From positions 864,001 to 928,000 of the forward strand of contig CAVUDW010000003.1 of assembly GCA_963740355.1 (NCBI GenBank): DNA of 64,000 nt, written 5' to 3'. Below are positions 9,633 to 20,700 of the stretch, piece by piece. The notes under the pieces are model-generated. The model was not told where the DNA came from, did not search any database, and saw only the letters and a program-made list of their open reading frames with translations. Source of the stretch: an uncultured Gemmatimonadaceae bacterium (GTDB taxonomy: Bacteria; Gemmatimonadota; Gemmatimonadetes; Gemmatimonadales; Gemmatimonadaceae). Each line of letters begins with the position of its first letter. The first letter of the stretch is position 1. The position numbers and the translations under genes were made by a program.

Positions 9633-10697
9633 ATGCGCGCCCTATCCCTCAGAGCCGGTCCCGACGCACTGCGTCTGTTGCGCGAGCGCGGACTCCGTGC
9701 CGAGGACGTCGACATTCTCCCCGCGGCATCGGGTGGCCCGAAGTGGCTCGCGATTGCGGGCCTCGATCGTTTCCTGTTCGGCTCCTTTCTCGCCGCACCG
9801 CGTACGCGACCGATGTCACTCATCGGGTCGTCGATCGGCAGTTGGCGCATGGCCTGCCTCGCGCAACGCGATCCACTGGCCGCGCTGGCACGTGGGCATC
9901 ACGCCTACATCCACGACCAGCACTACACCGCCAGGCAGTCGACGTCCGAGGTGTCACAGGTGTTGAACGACGTGCTCGACGCCTTGCTGGGATCGAGTGG
10001 TGTCGAGGAAATCCTGGCGCATCCGTGGGCGCGACTGCACATCATCACCTCCCAGGGACGCGGCCTCGCGCGCAGCGGCACGCGGGCGATGATCGGCGCC
10101 GCCCTCGGTACCGCGGCGACCCTCAACCTCGCCAGCCGTCGCACACTCGCACTGCAGTTTCGTCGCGTGATCTTCAGCAATGCCGGCAGCGCGTCGCCGT
10201 TGCTCGCACTCAATGACATTCCCACGTCATTCGTGACGCTCACCGCGGAGAACCTGCGCGATGCCCTGCGCGCGTCCGGCTCGATACCGATGGTGATCGA
10301 CGGTGTGTCCATCCCGAGCGCGCCGGGAGGCAGGCACTGGGACGGCGGCGTGACCGACTACCATCTCGATCTCGACTTCGGTTCCGGCGATGGCCTGGTG
10401 CTCTATCCGCATTTCTACTCGCATGTGGTGCCGGGCTGGTTCGATAAGTCGCTGCCGTGGCGGCGCGCCGACGGCGCGAACTTCCGGCGTGCATTGCTGC
10501 TCAGCCCGAGCGAGGAATTCGTGGCCACGTTGCCCGGCGGTCGGATTCCCGACCGCCGTGACTTCGCCGCCATGTCCGAGTCCGAGCGCATCCGGCGCTG
10601 GGAGCAGGTCAACGCCATGAGCACGGCACTGGGCGATGAACTGGGCGACCTGCTCACCAACGGCAACATTGCCGATCGCGTCGCTCTGTGGACATAG
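9633..10697 (+). CDS. Patatin-like phospholipase
   Basis: AASGGPKW Gly-rich loop, GSSIG nucleophile elbow, DGG motif. Confidence 0.8.
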   Translation: MRALSLRAGPDALRLLRERGLRAEDVDILPAASGGPKWLAIAGLDRFLFGSFLAAPRTRPMSLIGSSIGSWRMACLAQRDPLAALARGHHAYIHDQHYTARQSTSEVSQVLNDVLDALLGSSGVEEILAHPWARLHIITSQGRGLARSGTRAMIGAALGTAATLNLASRRTLALQFRRVIFSNAGSASPLLALNDIPTSFVTLTAENLRDALRASGSIPMVIDGVSIPSAPGGRHWDGGVTDYHLDLDFGSGDGLVLYPHFYSHVVPGWFDKSLPWRRADGANFRRALLLSPSEEFVATLPGGRIPDRRDFAAMSESERIRRWEQVNAMSTALGDELGDLLTNGNIADRVALWT

Positions 10698-10749
10698 CGA
10701 CGCGATCGGCAATGCTGTGAATCACGTGGGCCAACTGCGTTCGAACGAA

Positions 10750-11595
10750 CTACCAGCGCAGGTCGAAGTCATAGCCGTCGACACCGGCGCGTGAGTCATC
10801 GATCTTGATGACGGCCGTCCAGTTGTTCCAGACACGCGGGTACTGCGCGATGTAGATGTTGCCGCGCCCCGCGAAGCGGCGCAGGTCGAGCGGCACGGAT
10901 GCGGTGGGCAGGCTGGCACCGCGCACATCGTAGCGCACATCCGCCAGACGGCGACCGCTGCGTGACACGACGTCCACCCGACGGCCCTGGATCCGGATCT
11001 CCGCCACATCATCAACCAGCGCGCTGAAGTGCAGCGCCCCCGCACCGACGCGACCACCGATGTCATCTCGGCGATCACGGCCATAGTCACCACGATCCCG
11101 GTCGCCGTAACGGCCACCATCCCGATCACGATCGCGGTTCCCATCCCGATCGCGGTCACGATCATCATCGCGGTCGCGGCGGTCGTAGTCGTCGTTCCCG
11201 CGGTTGCCACGCGCCTCCTGCCACGTCACGACGAGGCGATACTGATCGGCGCCCGACTGGCGATCACGCACGCGAACGCGTGCCGTGTAGCCGTTGAATG
11301 CGCTCGGCTGCTCGATCACTTCGACATCGCCGCGGCCGTCGGCACGTGCGATACTCACCAGGCCAGAGGCGCGCGGCAGCGCTTCCTCGACACGGAACCG
11401 TGCGGCACGGAATGACTCGAATCCGTCGCCCTGCGTCTCGAGCATGGCGCCACGCATCACGATCACCGCCTCGCGATCCACCGTGCCGCTCCAGGTGAAC
11501 AACGGTCGACCAGCCGCGTGTGCCGCGGTGGCAGTGGCCGCCAGCAGCGTGCTGCCGGCGATGGTCGCGGATAGCATCGAACGAAGGCTGCGCAT
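10750..11595 (-). CDS. Secreted hypothetical protein with two tandem homologous domains and an Arg/Asp-rich linker
   Basis: Signal peptide ending AAHAA. Both repeats follow the pattern (W/F)S..VD...GRG(D/N)...QP/YP..N(G/N)(Y/W)TA...D...G.D.Y.....W. Confidence 0.75.
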   Translation of the reverse strand: MRSLRSMLSATIAGSTLLAATATAAHAAGRPLFTWSGTVDREAVIVMRGAMLETQGDGFESFRAARFRVEEALPRASGLVSIARADGRGDVEVIEQPSAFNGYTARVRVRDRQSGADQYRLVVTWQEARGNRGNDDYDRRDRDDDRDRDRDGNRDRDRDGGRYGDRDRGDYGRDRRDDIGGRVGAGALHFSALVDDVAEIRIQGRRVDVVSRSGRRLADVRYDVRGASLPTASVPLDLRRFAGRGNIYIAQYPRVWNNWTAVIKIDDSRAGVDGYDFDLRW

Positions 11596-11702
11596 GATCG
11601 GGTCCTCACAACGACGCCTGTGATTTGGAGCGCGACACCGTGGCGTCGACGGTGTCGCAGCGACGCCGCTGAGTGGTGCGATGCGGCGTCGCCCAGTCAG
11701 AG

Positions 11703-11718
11703 TGCATCGGCAATGCCA
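11703..11718 (-). promoter_or_regulatory. Putative sigma-54 promoter TGGCATTGCCGATGCA
   Basis: Exact GG-N10-GC spacing, about 110 bp upstream of ATG 11595. Confidence 0.55.
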
Positions 11719-11996
11719 TCGCACGGGTGCGCCGCGCCAGCAGCCGGTACGCACACTTAAGTTGTTATGTGACATGGCGATACGGCCGGCGAACGCGAGC
11801 CCCGCAACCGCCCGCCGGCGTCGCCATGTCCGCGGAATCGGACACTCGACTGTGCAGCGGCGACGGCACGCACGGCTGGATCGTTTCACTCGCGGATCGA
11901 TTTCACGGTCAATTTCGCGCGCGTTGGTCCCGAAACTTTCACCCAGCGCAGACCGATGTTGTTGCTCGCACCCTGCTTGCTCCCTAGCTTGGCGCT

Positions 11997-14276
11997 GTGA
12001 TGCCTTCCCCGACTACGCCATCAACTGCACGACGTCGGGTCCGCTCACGGCTCCTCATGCCTGCGGTGGTCGTTGCCGCGTGTTTCATCGCGCTGGCCGG
12101 CATCCGCGCCTGGCAACTGCGCGCCGCACAGGCCGAGTTGCAAACCTCCCGCGCATTGCAACTCGCTAATCTGAGTGCGCGAACACTCGACGCGACCATC
12201 GCCGAGACGCACACGCTGCTCGTCAGCCTCGGCGAGCTCCTGGACCCGAAGGCATCGCCAGACAAGAACGACGCCGTGCTGGCCCGCATCTTCCGGGCTG
12301 CCCCGGTGCCCTACTCCAACATGTGGATCGCCGACACCAGCGGACGAGCCCTTGGCGCGGCGCGGATGCCAGCCGGTGGCCGCGCCGCATTTGCGATCGG
12401 TGACCGGCACTACTTCCGGAGCGCAGTGGCTCGTCGGCGCTTCACCGTCGGCGAGGTCGTGACATCACGTGTCCTGCCCGGCGGGCAGCGCGTGCTGACC
12501 TTCGCCATGCCGGTGATCGACAGTGTCTCGGGTCGCATCGTCTCGGTGGTGGGCGCCTCGATCGAGGCCGACTCGCTCGAGGCCGTGCGCACCGCGCGTT
12601 CGCTGCCCGAGGGATCGGTGTTCACGATCATCGACAGCAGCGGCAACATCGTCTACCGCACCCTCGACGCCGACCGCTGGATCGGGCGGCACTTCTCGAT
12701 CGACTCGGGCACGGTCAACGACTTCGTCGTGGGCGAGGGCGTCGGAGCCGGACGCTCCGCCGATGGCACCGATCGCCTCACTGGATTCCGTCGCACGAAG
12801 CTGGCGCCGTGGGTCGTCTACGTCGGCATTCCTTCGCGCTACACACTGGATGTGGTACGGAACCAGTTCATCCGCGATGTCGCGATCGGATCGTTCATCA
12901 CGTTGATCATCCTGATCTTCGGCTATCGGTCCACGATTCGCGTCGTCACGCCGATCGAGTCCCTGACGGACGACGCCCTGGCCATCGCGAATGGCGACAT
13001 GGCACGCCGCTCGACAGTCAACTCGAACGACGAAATCGGCGACCTCGCTCGCGCGTTCAACCAGATGGCCGACACGGCCGTCGAACGGAATGCCGCGCTG
13101 CGTGCCTCGCAGGAGCAGCTGCTCCACGTCCAGAAGATGGACGCGCTCGGATCCTTCGCTGGTGGGATCGCGCACGACTTCAACAACTACCTCGCGTCGA
13201 TCGTGGCGCACGCCGAGTTGGCCGATCTCTCGCTGCCCGATGACGAGCCGGCGCGCGACGACATTCGCGAGGTTTTGGCATCCGCCGCACGCGCTGCCGA
13301 TCTCACGCGTCAGATCCTCGTCTTCAGCCGGAAGCAGGTCGTTGAGCCGCACCTGCTCGACCTCAACGGTGTCGTGCGCGGCATCGAACGAATGCTCGTG
13401 CGCCTGGCCGGTGAAAATCGCGTTCTCGCCATCAGCTATCACGACGAACCGGTGCTGGTGCATGCCGACCACGGGCAGCTCGAACAGGTCGTCGTCAACC
13501 TGGTGGCCAACGCGCGTGATGCGATGCCGGACGGAGGCACGATCTCGCTGCGCATCAAGACCGCTGTGGTCACGAGCCCGGATACGCGTCGCCCGGGCGG
13601 GAAGGCCGGCAACTTCGCCGAGTTGACCGTGGGTGACGAAGGCACGGGAATCAGCGGGGAAGTCCTCGATCGGATCTTCGATCCCTTCTTCAGTACCAAG
13701 GAGCGCGGCCGCGGTACCGGGATGGGTCTCGCCATTGCCTACAGCATCATTCAGCAGAGCGGCGGCACCCTCTCGGTCGAGAGCACGATAGGCATCGGTA
13801 CGGCCTTCACGGTCTTGCTGCCGCTGCGGGCGGGCGACCTGGGGGATGTCACGGACGAGAATGAGCGTCCGCGCACGTCGCGGCTTGGGGCTGGCCGCAT
13901 CCTGCTCGCGGAAGACAACGCGTCGGTGCGCGCGAGCTGTGAGCGCATGCTCAAGCAGGCCGGCTACCATGTTGTGGCTGCGGCTGATGGCCCCTCGGCG
14001 CTGCATCAACTGCGCGCCAGCGGCGAACCCTTCGACCTGCTGCTTTCTGACGTGGTCATGCCCGGCATGTCCGGCTCCGAACTCGCCCGCAAGGTGAAGG
14101 AGTTGCAGCCGGATATCGCGGTGCTTTACATGAGCGGCTACGCCGATGATGAACTGGTGCACGATAGCGTGGCTCGCAGCGGTGCCGCCTGCATCGCGAA
14201 GCCGTTCACGATGCAGACGCTGCTCGATGCCACCCGCGGCGCCATTGCCCACCGGACAACCACGCTCAACGCCTGA
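11997..14276 (+). CDS. Hybrid sensor histidine kinase (TM-Cache-TM-HAMP-HisKA-HATPase-REC)
   Basis: GIAHDFNN H-box, NLVANARDAM, FDPFFSTK, GTGMGL, receiver DLLLSDVVMPG. Confidence 0.92.
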   Translation: MMPSPTTPSTARRRVRSRLLMPAVVVAACFIALAGIRAWQLRAAQAELQTSRALQLANLSARTLDATIAETHTLLVSLGELLDPKASPDKNDAVLARIFRAAPVPYSNMWIADTSGRALGAARMPAGGRAAFAIGDRHYFRSAVARRRFTVGEVVTSRVLPGGQRVLTFAMPVIDSVSGRIVSVVGASIEADSLEAVRTARSLPEGSVFTIIDSSGNIVYRTLDADRWIGRHFSIDSGTVNDFVVGEGVGAGRSADGTDRLTGFRRTKLAPWVVYVGIPSRYTLDVVRNQFIRDVAIGSFITLIILIFGYRSTIRVVTPIESLTDDALAIANGDMARRSTVNSNDEIGDLARAFNQMADTAVERNAALRASQEQLLHVQKMDALGSFAGGIAHDFNNYLASIVAHAELADLSLPDDEPARDDIREVLASAARAADLTRQILVFSRKQVVEPHLLDLNGVVRGIERMLVRLAGENRVLAISYHDEPVLVHADHGQLEQVVVNLVANARDAMPDGGTISLRIKTAVVTSPDTRRPGGKAGNFAELTVGDEGTGISGEVLDRIFDPFFSTKERGRGTGMGLAIAYSIIQQSGGTLSVESTIGIGTAFTVLLPLRAGDLGDVTDENERPRTSRLGAGRILLAEDNASVRASCERMLKQAGYHVVAAADGPSALHQLRASGEPFDLLLSDVVMPGMSGSELARKVKELQPDIAVLYMSGYADDELVHDSVARSGAACIAKPFTMQTLLDATRGAIAHRTTTLNA

Positions 14277-14307
14277 AACCGCGTCGCGCGACCGCCGCGA
14301 CCATGGT

Positions 14308-14976
14308 TCACGCAGGTCGCGGGTACGCTGCCTCGAGCGGCGAAAAGTGGCGCACCAACATGTCCACCAACGCCGAGCGAATCGCTGATCGCAACGGCTC
14401 CTGCACCGACATCGCGTGATCGAGCACGGCGTGCACGACCACGACGCTGAGCGCAGCGTGTCGCGCCGCCTCGTCTTCCGGGATGCCAGGCATACGCGCC
14501 ACCAGCAACGTGCGCACCAGTGCCTGCATGTGCTCCTCCGTCTGCAGCGACACCGGACTCTTGCCCCCGCTCGCTGAATCCGTCGCGCGACACACCGCGA
14601 GGTAGCCCGGGTGCGCCTCGTCCATCGCAGCGAATGAGACGATCAACTGCGTGAAGAGCTCCGGCAGCGGCACCCACGGCTCGTCGATGCGCAGCTCCCG
14701 CTGCAGCAGGCTGGTCATCGACTGGGCGTAGCGCTCCGCCAGCGCCTCGAGAATCGCGTCCTTGTTCGGGAAGAAGTGATACAGCGATCCGACGCTCGCC
14801 CCCGCTCGCTCGGCGATGGCATTGGTACTCGCCGCATCAACGCCCATCTCGCTGAACACGGCTTCCGCCGCATCGAGAATCGCCTCGACTCGCTGCTGAC
14901 CCCGCTTCTGCACGGGGGCGCGCGGCGTCCGCGACTCCACGGGCTTAAGTCCTTCCTCTGTAATGACTTCGGCCAT
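14308..14976 (-). CDS. TetR/AcrR family transcriptional regulator
   Basis: ILDAAEAVFSEMG...STNAIAERAGASVGSLYHFFPNK HTH; divergent from the efflux operon. Confidence 0.92.
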   Translation of the reverse strand: MAEVITEEGLKPVESRTPRAPVQKRGQQRVEAILDAAEAVFSEMGVDAASTNAIAERAGASVGSLYHFFPNKDAILEALAERYAQSMTSLLQRELRIDEPWVPLPELFTQLIVSFAAMDEAHPGYLAVCRATDSASGGKSPVSLQTEEHMQALVRTLLVARMPGIPEDEAARHAALSVVVVHAVLDHAMSVQEPLRSAIRSALVDMLVRHFSPLEAAYPRPA

Positions 14977-15037
14977 CCAATCCTCCTCCGGTCCTGCAAG
15001 TTAACGCTCAGCCACAAGCGTTACACTTCAAGAATAA

Positions 15038-15112
15038 TAGAGCATTTGCTCGGGTATTGACAAGTAGAGCGACTCCTCTAGTTTCGGTCGAGGAACTAGA
15101 GAGAAAGCTCGG
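15038..15112 (+). promoter_or_regulatory. Sigma-70 promoter (TTGACA 15057-15062, TAGTTT 15079-15084) with three candidate TetR operators
   Basis: TAGAGCATTTGCTCGG (15038-15053), TAGAGCGACTCCTCTA (15065-15080) and TAGAGAGAAAGCTCGG (15097-15112) in an AT-rich intergenic region. Confidence 0.7.
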
Positions 15113-15139
15113 CTTTGCCAACCCGTCGCACCCCTGCTC

Positions 15140-16510
15140 ATGCGATACCCCATTGCCGCACTGGTACTGCTGGTCGCCGCCCGACCAGCGCTGGCGCAGT
15201 CAGAAGCACGTCCAGGCGCGCCGTCACCGCTGCAGGCCCTTGTCGCGGAGGGCCTTGCCACCAACCCGGCCCTCCGTGCTCGCAGCATCGGCGTCACACG
15301 CGAGGACGCCGCGATCGCCGAATCACGCGGTCGGTTCCTCCCATCGCTCACCGCAAACGCCCGCGCATCATCGCTCTACGGCGCCACGCCGAACCTCGGC
15401 GCCTTGATCAACCCGGCCTATGCGGCGCTCAACCAGCTGCTGGGTCAGCAGGCCTTTCCGACGAACATCAACCTCACGCTGCCGCAGAAGCAGGAGGCGA
15501 CGCTGCGGCTGGCACAGCCGCTATTCGAGCCACGCGTCATCGAGGGGTATCGCATCGCGCGATCACTGCGCGATGCCAGCGCGGCGGAACGTGATGCACA
15601 ACGCCGCCAGCTCGCCGCCGACATCCAGACGACGTATCTCCAGTACGCGCGCGCCAGTCGTGCCGCCGACCTCTTCGACCGCACCGTGCCACTGCTCGAC
15701 GAGGCGCTGCGTGTGAGCGAGCGGTTGTTGTCCGCCGGCAAGGTCACCCCCGACAACGTGCTGCGGGCACGCGCCGAGCAGAGCGCCGTCGTGCAGCAAC
15801 GCGACGCAGCCCATCAACTGACGGACGCCGCCCGACAGCAGTTGAACTACCTCACCGGTCGCCCGCTGGATGCGCCGCTGGCCCTGTTCGCCGATTCCAC
15901 TCTTGGCCTCGATGCGCGATTCACCGCGGGTGCGAACCTCGATGCCGCGCAGCAGCGGGCACAGGATCGACGCGAGGAACTGGCGCAGCTCGATCGCTCG
16001 TATGACGCGGTGCAAGGGCAGCGGCGCATCGCGCGGGCGGGATTTCTCCCAAGCGTGAACCTCGCCGTCGACTACGGCTTTCAAGGGAACACGATTCGTA
16101 TTGGTCGCAACACCGACTATGCCGTCGCCAGCCTCGTCATGAGCTGGAACCTGTTCAATGGCGGCCAGGACAAGGCGCGACTGCAGCAGGCCACACTCGA
16201 TGGTGCGCAGCTCAAGGCCCGCCGCGAGGATGCATCGCGCAGCATCGCCCTGCAGGTGCGTGTGGCGCATGACGCGGCACTGGTGGCTCAACGCGCCATC
16301 GTGACGGCCAGCGATCGGCTCGGCGCCGCCTCTCGCTCCTTCGAGCTGGTGCAGCGCCGATTCAGCGAAGGCCTGGCGTCGCAGCTCGAGCTCCTCGACG
16401 CCCGCACGGCGCTGACCACGGCGGAGCTGAACCGGTTGATCACGACCTACGACTTCTATCAGCGCGTGATCGACTTCGAACGCGCCGCCGCACTCTCACC
16501 CCTGGACTAG
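15140..16510 (+). CDS. TolC-family outer membrane efflux protein
   Basis: Signal peptide, two OEP-like helical repeats (FLPSL..., WNLFNGG, RFSEGLASQLELLDAR); first gene of an RND operon. Confidence 0.88.
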   Translation: MRYPIAALVLLVAARPALAQSEARPGAPSPLQALVAEGLATNPALRARSIGVTREDAAIAESRGRFLPSLTANARASSLYGATPNLGALINPAYAALNQLLGQQAFPTNINLTLPQKQEATLRLAQPLFEPRVIEGYRIARSLRDASAAERDAQRRQLAADIQTTYLQYARASRAADLFDRTVPLLDEALRVSERLLSAGKVTPDNVLRARAEQSAVVQQRDAAHQLTDAARQQLNYLTGRPLDAPLALFADSTLGLDARFTAGANLDAAQQRAQDRREELAQLDRSYDAVQGQRRIARAGFLPSVNLAVDYGFQGNTIRIGRNTDYAVASLVMSWNLFNGGQDKARLQQATLDGAQLKARREDASRSIALQVRVAHDAALVAQRAIVTASDRLGAASRSFELVQRRFSEGLASQLELLDARTALTTAELNRLITTYDFYQRVIDFERAAALSPLD

Positions 16511-16514
16511 AGCC

Positions 16515-17702
16515 ATGCCACGATCACGCTCCCTGCCGCTGCCAGCCGCACGCCAGCTCGCGCAATTCCTGCCGTTCAGCCTCACGATCCTGACACTCGG
16601 CGCGACGATGCTGCTGGCCAGCTGCGGCACCGACGCCGGCGCCAGCAATGCACCGGTCGCCGACACGACCGTGCCGGTGCGCGTCGTCGCCCTCACGAAC
16701 GATGCGGTGCCTCGGGCGTCGAGCATCAGCGTCACCGGCACACTCGCCGGCAAGGAAGAGGTCGCGCTGGCATTCAAGATCGGCGGTGTGGTCGCGAAGA
16801 TCGCGGTCGATCCTGGGCAGGCTGTCCGAGCCGGGCAGGTTCTCGCTGAGCTGCGGCCAACCGAGATCGCCGCGCAAGTGGCAACCGCACTGGAAGCGCG
16901 GAAGAAGGCGGAACGCGACCTGCTTCGCGTGACGCGACTGTACGCAGACAGCGTCGCCACGCTCGAACAGCTGCAGGATGCGCGCACCGCACTGCAGGTC
17001 GCGACCAACAGCACGCAGATCGCGCAATTCAATGCCGACTATGCCGTGATTCGCGCGCCGGGCGACGGGGTCGTACTCTCGCGCCAGGTTGAACCCGGGC
17101 AGGTGGTCGAACCGGGGCGCCAGGTGCTGGTGGTGCGTCGCAACGGCCGCGGCATGGTGGTGCGGGTTGGTCTTCCCGATCGCGATGCGGTTCGTGTGCG
17201 CATCGGCGACACCGCCACCGTGACATTCGATGCCATGCCGGACCGGTCCTTCATGGCGCGGGTGACACAGCGCGCCGCCGCCGCGACTGCCGGTAGCGGC
17301 GACTATGCGATCGAATTCACACTCGCCGAATCCGCCAGCACCCTGCCGAGCGGGCTGGTGGCACATGTGACGATCCATCCGCACGCTGAAACCGCACCGT
17401 CACGAACTGCGCGAGTGATGGTGCCGCTGGATGCGCTGGTGGACGCTGACGCTGATTCGGCGGCCGTCTTCGTGCTCCGGGACAACGGCTCGTCCGTCTC
17501 GCGGCGCACCGTGAAGCTTGCCGATGTCGCCGAAGCGCTGCGCACGGCACAGGTGCAGGTGCTGACAGGGCTCGACGGCAGCGAACAGGTCGTGATCGCC
17601 GGGATGACTCGACTCGTCGATGGCAGTGCGGTGCGCGTCATCACCACACCCGCAGCGCGACTGGCCGCCGACGCCGCACCACAGTGGAGGGTCGGCCAGT
17701 GA
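16515..17702 (+). CDS. RND efflux periplasmic adaptor (membrane fusion protein)
   Basis: Lipobox LASC, lipoyl halves GGVVAKIAVDPGQAV and IRAPGDGVV, C-terminal GLDGSEQVV. Confidence 0.9.
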   Translation: MPRSRSLPLPAARQLAQFLPFSLTILTLGATMLLASCGTDAGASNAPVADTTVPVRVVALTNDAVPRASSISVTGTLAGKEEVALAFKIGGVVAKIAVDPGQAVRAGQVLAELRPTEIAAQVATALEARKKAERDLLRVTRLYADSVATLEQLQDARTALQVATNSTQIAQFNADYAVIRAPGDGVVLSRQVEPGQVVEPGRQVLVVRRNGRGMVVRVGLPDRDAVRVRIGDTATVTFDAMPDRSFMARVTQRAAAATAGSGDYAIEFTLAESASTLPSGLVAHVTIHPHAETAPSRTARVMVPLDALVDADADSAAVFVLRDNGSSVSRRTVKLADVAEALRTAQVQVLTGLDGSEQVVIAGMTRLVDGSAVRVITTPAARLAADAAPQWRVGQ

Positions 17703-20700
17703 AGCTCATCGACTACTTCGTTCGCAACGCACAACTCACCATCGTGCTTCTGATCGCGTTGCTGGCCGCCGGCGTCCAGGCGTTCATCACGATCCCACGC
17801 GCTGAAGATCCACTGATCGACTTCCCCGGCTTTACCGTGGTGGCGGTCTATCCCGGTGCCGCGCCTGGCGATGTCGAACAGCTGGTGATCAACCCGATCG
17901 AGAAGCGACTGAAGGAGCTGTCCGACATCAAGAAGATCGCGACCCAGATCACCGATGGCCTCGGCGTCGTGTTCATCGAGTTCAACACCGGTTCCGTACC
18001 GAGCCGGAAGAAGGACGATGTCCTGCGAGAAGTGAACCAGTTGCGCGCCACGCTGCCGCCGGAGCTGGCGTTGCTCGACGTGATCAGCAACAACACCGGC
18101 GATGTGAACATCCTGCAGTATGCGCTCGTCTCGCCGACGGCACCCTACGCCGCGCTCGATGCACGCAGCCGGGCGCTCAAGGATCGCCTCGCTGCCGTGC
18201 CCGGCATCCGGAAGGTGACGCGGGTCGGCGCACCAGTACGCGAAGTGCAGGTGTCACTCGACCTCGGCCGCCTGAGCGCGCTGCACCTGCCATTGAACGC
18301 CGTCCTCGGCGCGCTGGGCAGCGAGAGCGCGAACGTCCCTGGTGGCACGGTGAACGTCAGCCGAAAGCAGTTCGTCGTGAACACGAGTGGCTCGTTCACG
18401 TCGCTCGACCAGGTGCGGAACACGGTGGTCGGCGCATCGGGCAGCGCGGTCGTGCGCCTGCGTGATGTCGCCACCGTGCAGTGGGGCTACGCCGATGCGA
18501 CACACATCACACGACACGATGGGCAGCGCGCCGTCTTCATCGCCGCCAGCATGCGCGATGGCGCCAACATCACCGATGTGCAGCCGAAGGTCGCGGAGGC
18601 GGTACGGCAGTTCGAGTCGGAATTGCCTGCCGGCATCACACTCGAAACCGCGTTCGACCAGAGCCAGAATGTGAAGAGTCGCTTGGGTCGGCTGGTGGAA
18701 GACTTCGGGATCGCAATTTCGCTGGTGCTGATCACCCTGCTGCCGCTCGGCCTCCGTGCCGCCGGCGTCGTGATGGTGTCGATACCGCTCTCCCTGGCCG
18801 TCGGTACTGTGTTGCTGCAAAACTTCGGCTTCACGCTCAACCAGCTCACCATCGTCGGTTTCGTGATCGCGCTCGGGCTCCTCGTGGACGACTCGATCGT
18901 GGTGGTGGAGAACATCTCACGGTTCCTGCGCGGTGGCATGTCGCGACAGGACGCTGCAATCGCCGGCACACGCCAGATCACGCCGGCGATTCTCGGTGCC
19001 ACCGGCACGCTGATCTTCGCCTTCGTGCCGCTGATGCTGCTCCCCGGCGGTCCGGGCGATTACATCCGGTCGCTGCCTGCGGCGGTGATTGCAACGATCC
19101 TGGCCTCACTGGTCGTCTCGCTGGCGATCATTCCCTTCCTCGCCAGCGCAGTGATGCCACGCACCAGCGACGAGCATGGGAACCGGGTGTTGCAGTGGCT
19201 CCAGCGGGTGATCGAGAAGAGCTATACGCCGCTCCTCCACCGTGCACTGCTGCATCCCCGCCGCACCCTGGCGCTGGCGGCGGCATTGTTCGTCGGTGCC
19301 ATCGGCCTCGTGCCCTTGATCGGCTTCTCGCTCTTCCCCAAGGCCGGTATCCCGCAGTTCCGAATCACCGTGCAGATGCCTGACGACGCCACGCTCGCGC
19401 AGACCGACAGTGCCGTACGCTTCGTCGAGCGCACGCTGATGGCGCGGCCCGCCGTGGAGCATGTCCTGAGCAACGTGGGCCATGGCAATCCGTTCGTCTA
19501 CTACAACGTGCAGCCGGCCAACGACCAGACGAACTTCGCCGAGATCGTGGCGCGAGTGAAGGCGTTCGATCCCAAGCACACGCCGCAGCTGCTCGATACG
19601 CTGCGCACGATCTTCGATGCCTATCCCGATGGTCGGATTGCAGTGCGTGAGTATGAAAACGGACCGCCGCTCGAGGCCCCGATTGCGATTCGCTTCATCG
19701 GGCCGAATCTCGATTCGCTCCGCAGCCTGGCCGGCCGATTCGAGCGCGTGCTGGCCTCGATTCCAGGCACGCGCGATGTCGACAACCCGCTGGGCACGCG
19801 CCGCACCAACGTCCGCGTCGGCATCGATCGTGCGCGCGCGGGCCTGCTCGGCGTTCAGGTGGTGGATATCGATCGCGTCGTCCGCCTTGGCTTGGCAGGT
19901 GTGCCGGCAGGCCGCATCCAGGATGTCGACGGCGAGGCATACGACGTCACCGCACGACTGGCGCGCAGCGGACGTGCGACGCCGGCGGCGCTGAGCCAGC
20001 TCTATGTCCCGTCGCAGAACGGCGCACAGGTGCCGCTTGGCCAGGTGTCCACGCTGACGCTCGAGAGTGCGCTGCCGCGCATCCAGCACTTCGACACCGA
20101 GCGCAGTGTGACGGTGACGGGCCAGGTGCGCACCGGCTTCAATACCGATCGACTGACCACGACGGCGATGGACTCGCTGAAGTCGTGGCAGTTGCCCGAC
20201 GGCTACCGCTGGGCCGCCGCGGGCGAGATCGAAAGTCGCCAGGAGAGCTTCGGCGGATTCGGCGGGGCGATCCTGCTCGCCACGTTCGGCATCCTGATGG
20301 TGCTGATCCTCGAGTTCAAGACCTTCAAGAGCATGCTGATCGTCGCCTCGGTGATTCCGCTCGGCGTCATCGGCGGCATGGTCGGGCTGTTCATCAGCGG
20401 CTACACGCTCAGCTTCACGGCAATGATCGGCTTCGTGGCGCTGATCGGCATCGAGATCAAGAATTCGTTGCTGCTGGTGGACTACACCAACCAGCTTCGA
20501 GAGGGCGGCGCCGATCTCGATCACGCCATCGAGGAAGCCGGTCGCGTGCGCTTCCTGCCGATCGTGCTCACCACAGCGACGGCTATCGGCGGCTTGCTGC
20601 CGTTGGCGTTGCAGGGGTCGAGTCTCTATTCACCGCTCGCGATCGTGATCATCGGCGGGCTCATCTCGTCACTGCTGCTGAGCCGACTCGTCACCCCCGT

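Noticed and set aside
12465..14252. Long antisense ORFs (also 19106-20524, 58614-60164, 6302-7564, 3510-4877 and others)
   Set aside because: Shadow frames opposite well-supported genes, expected at high GC3, with no motifs.
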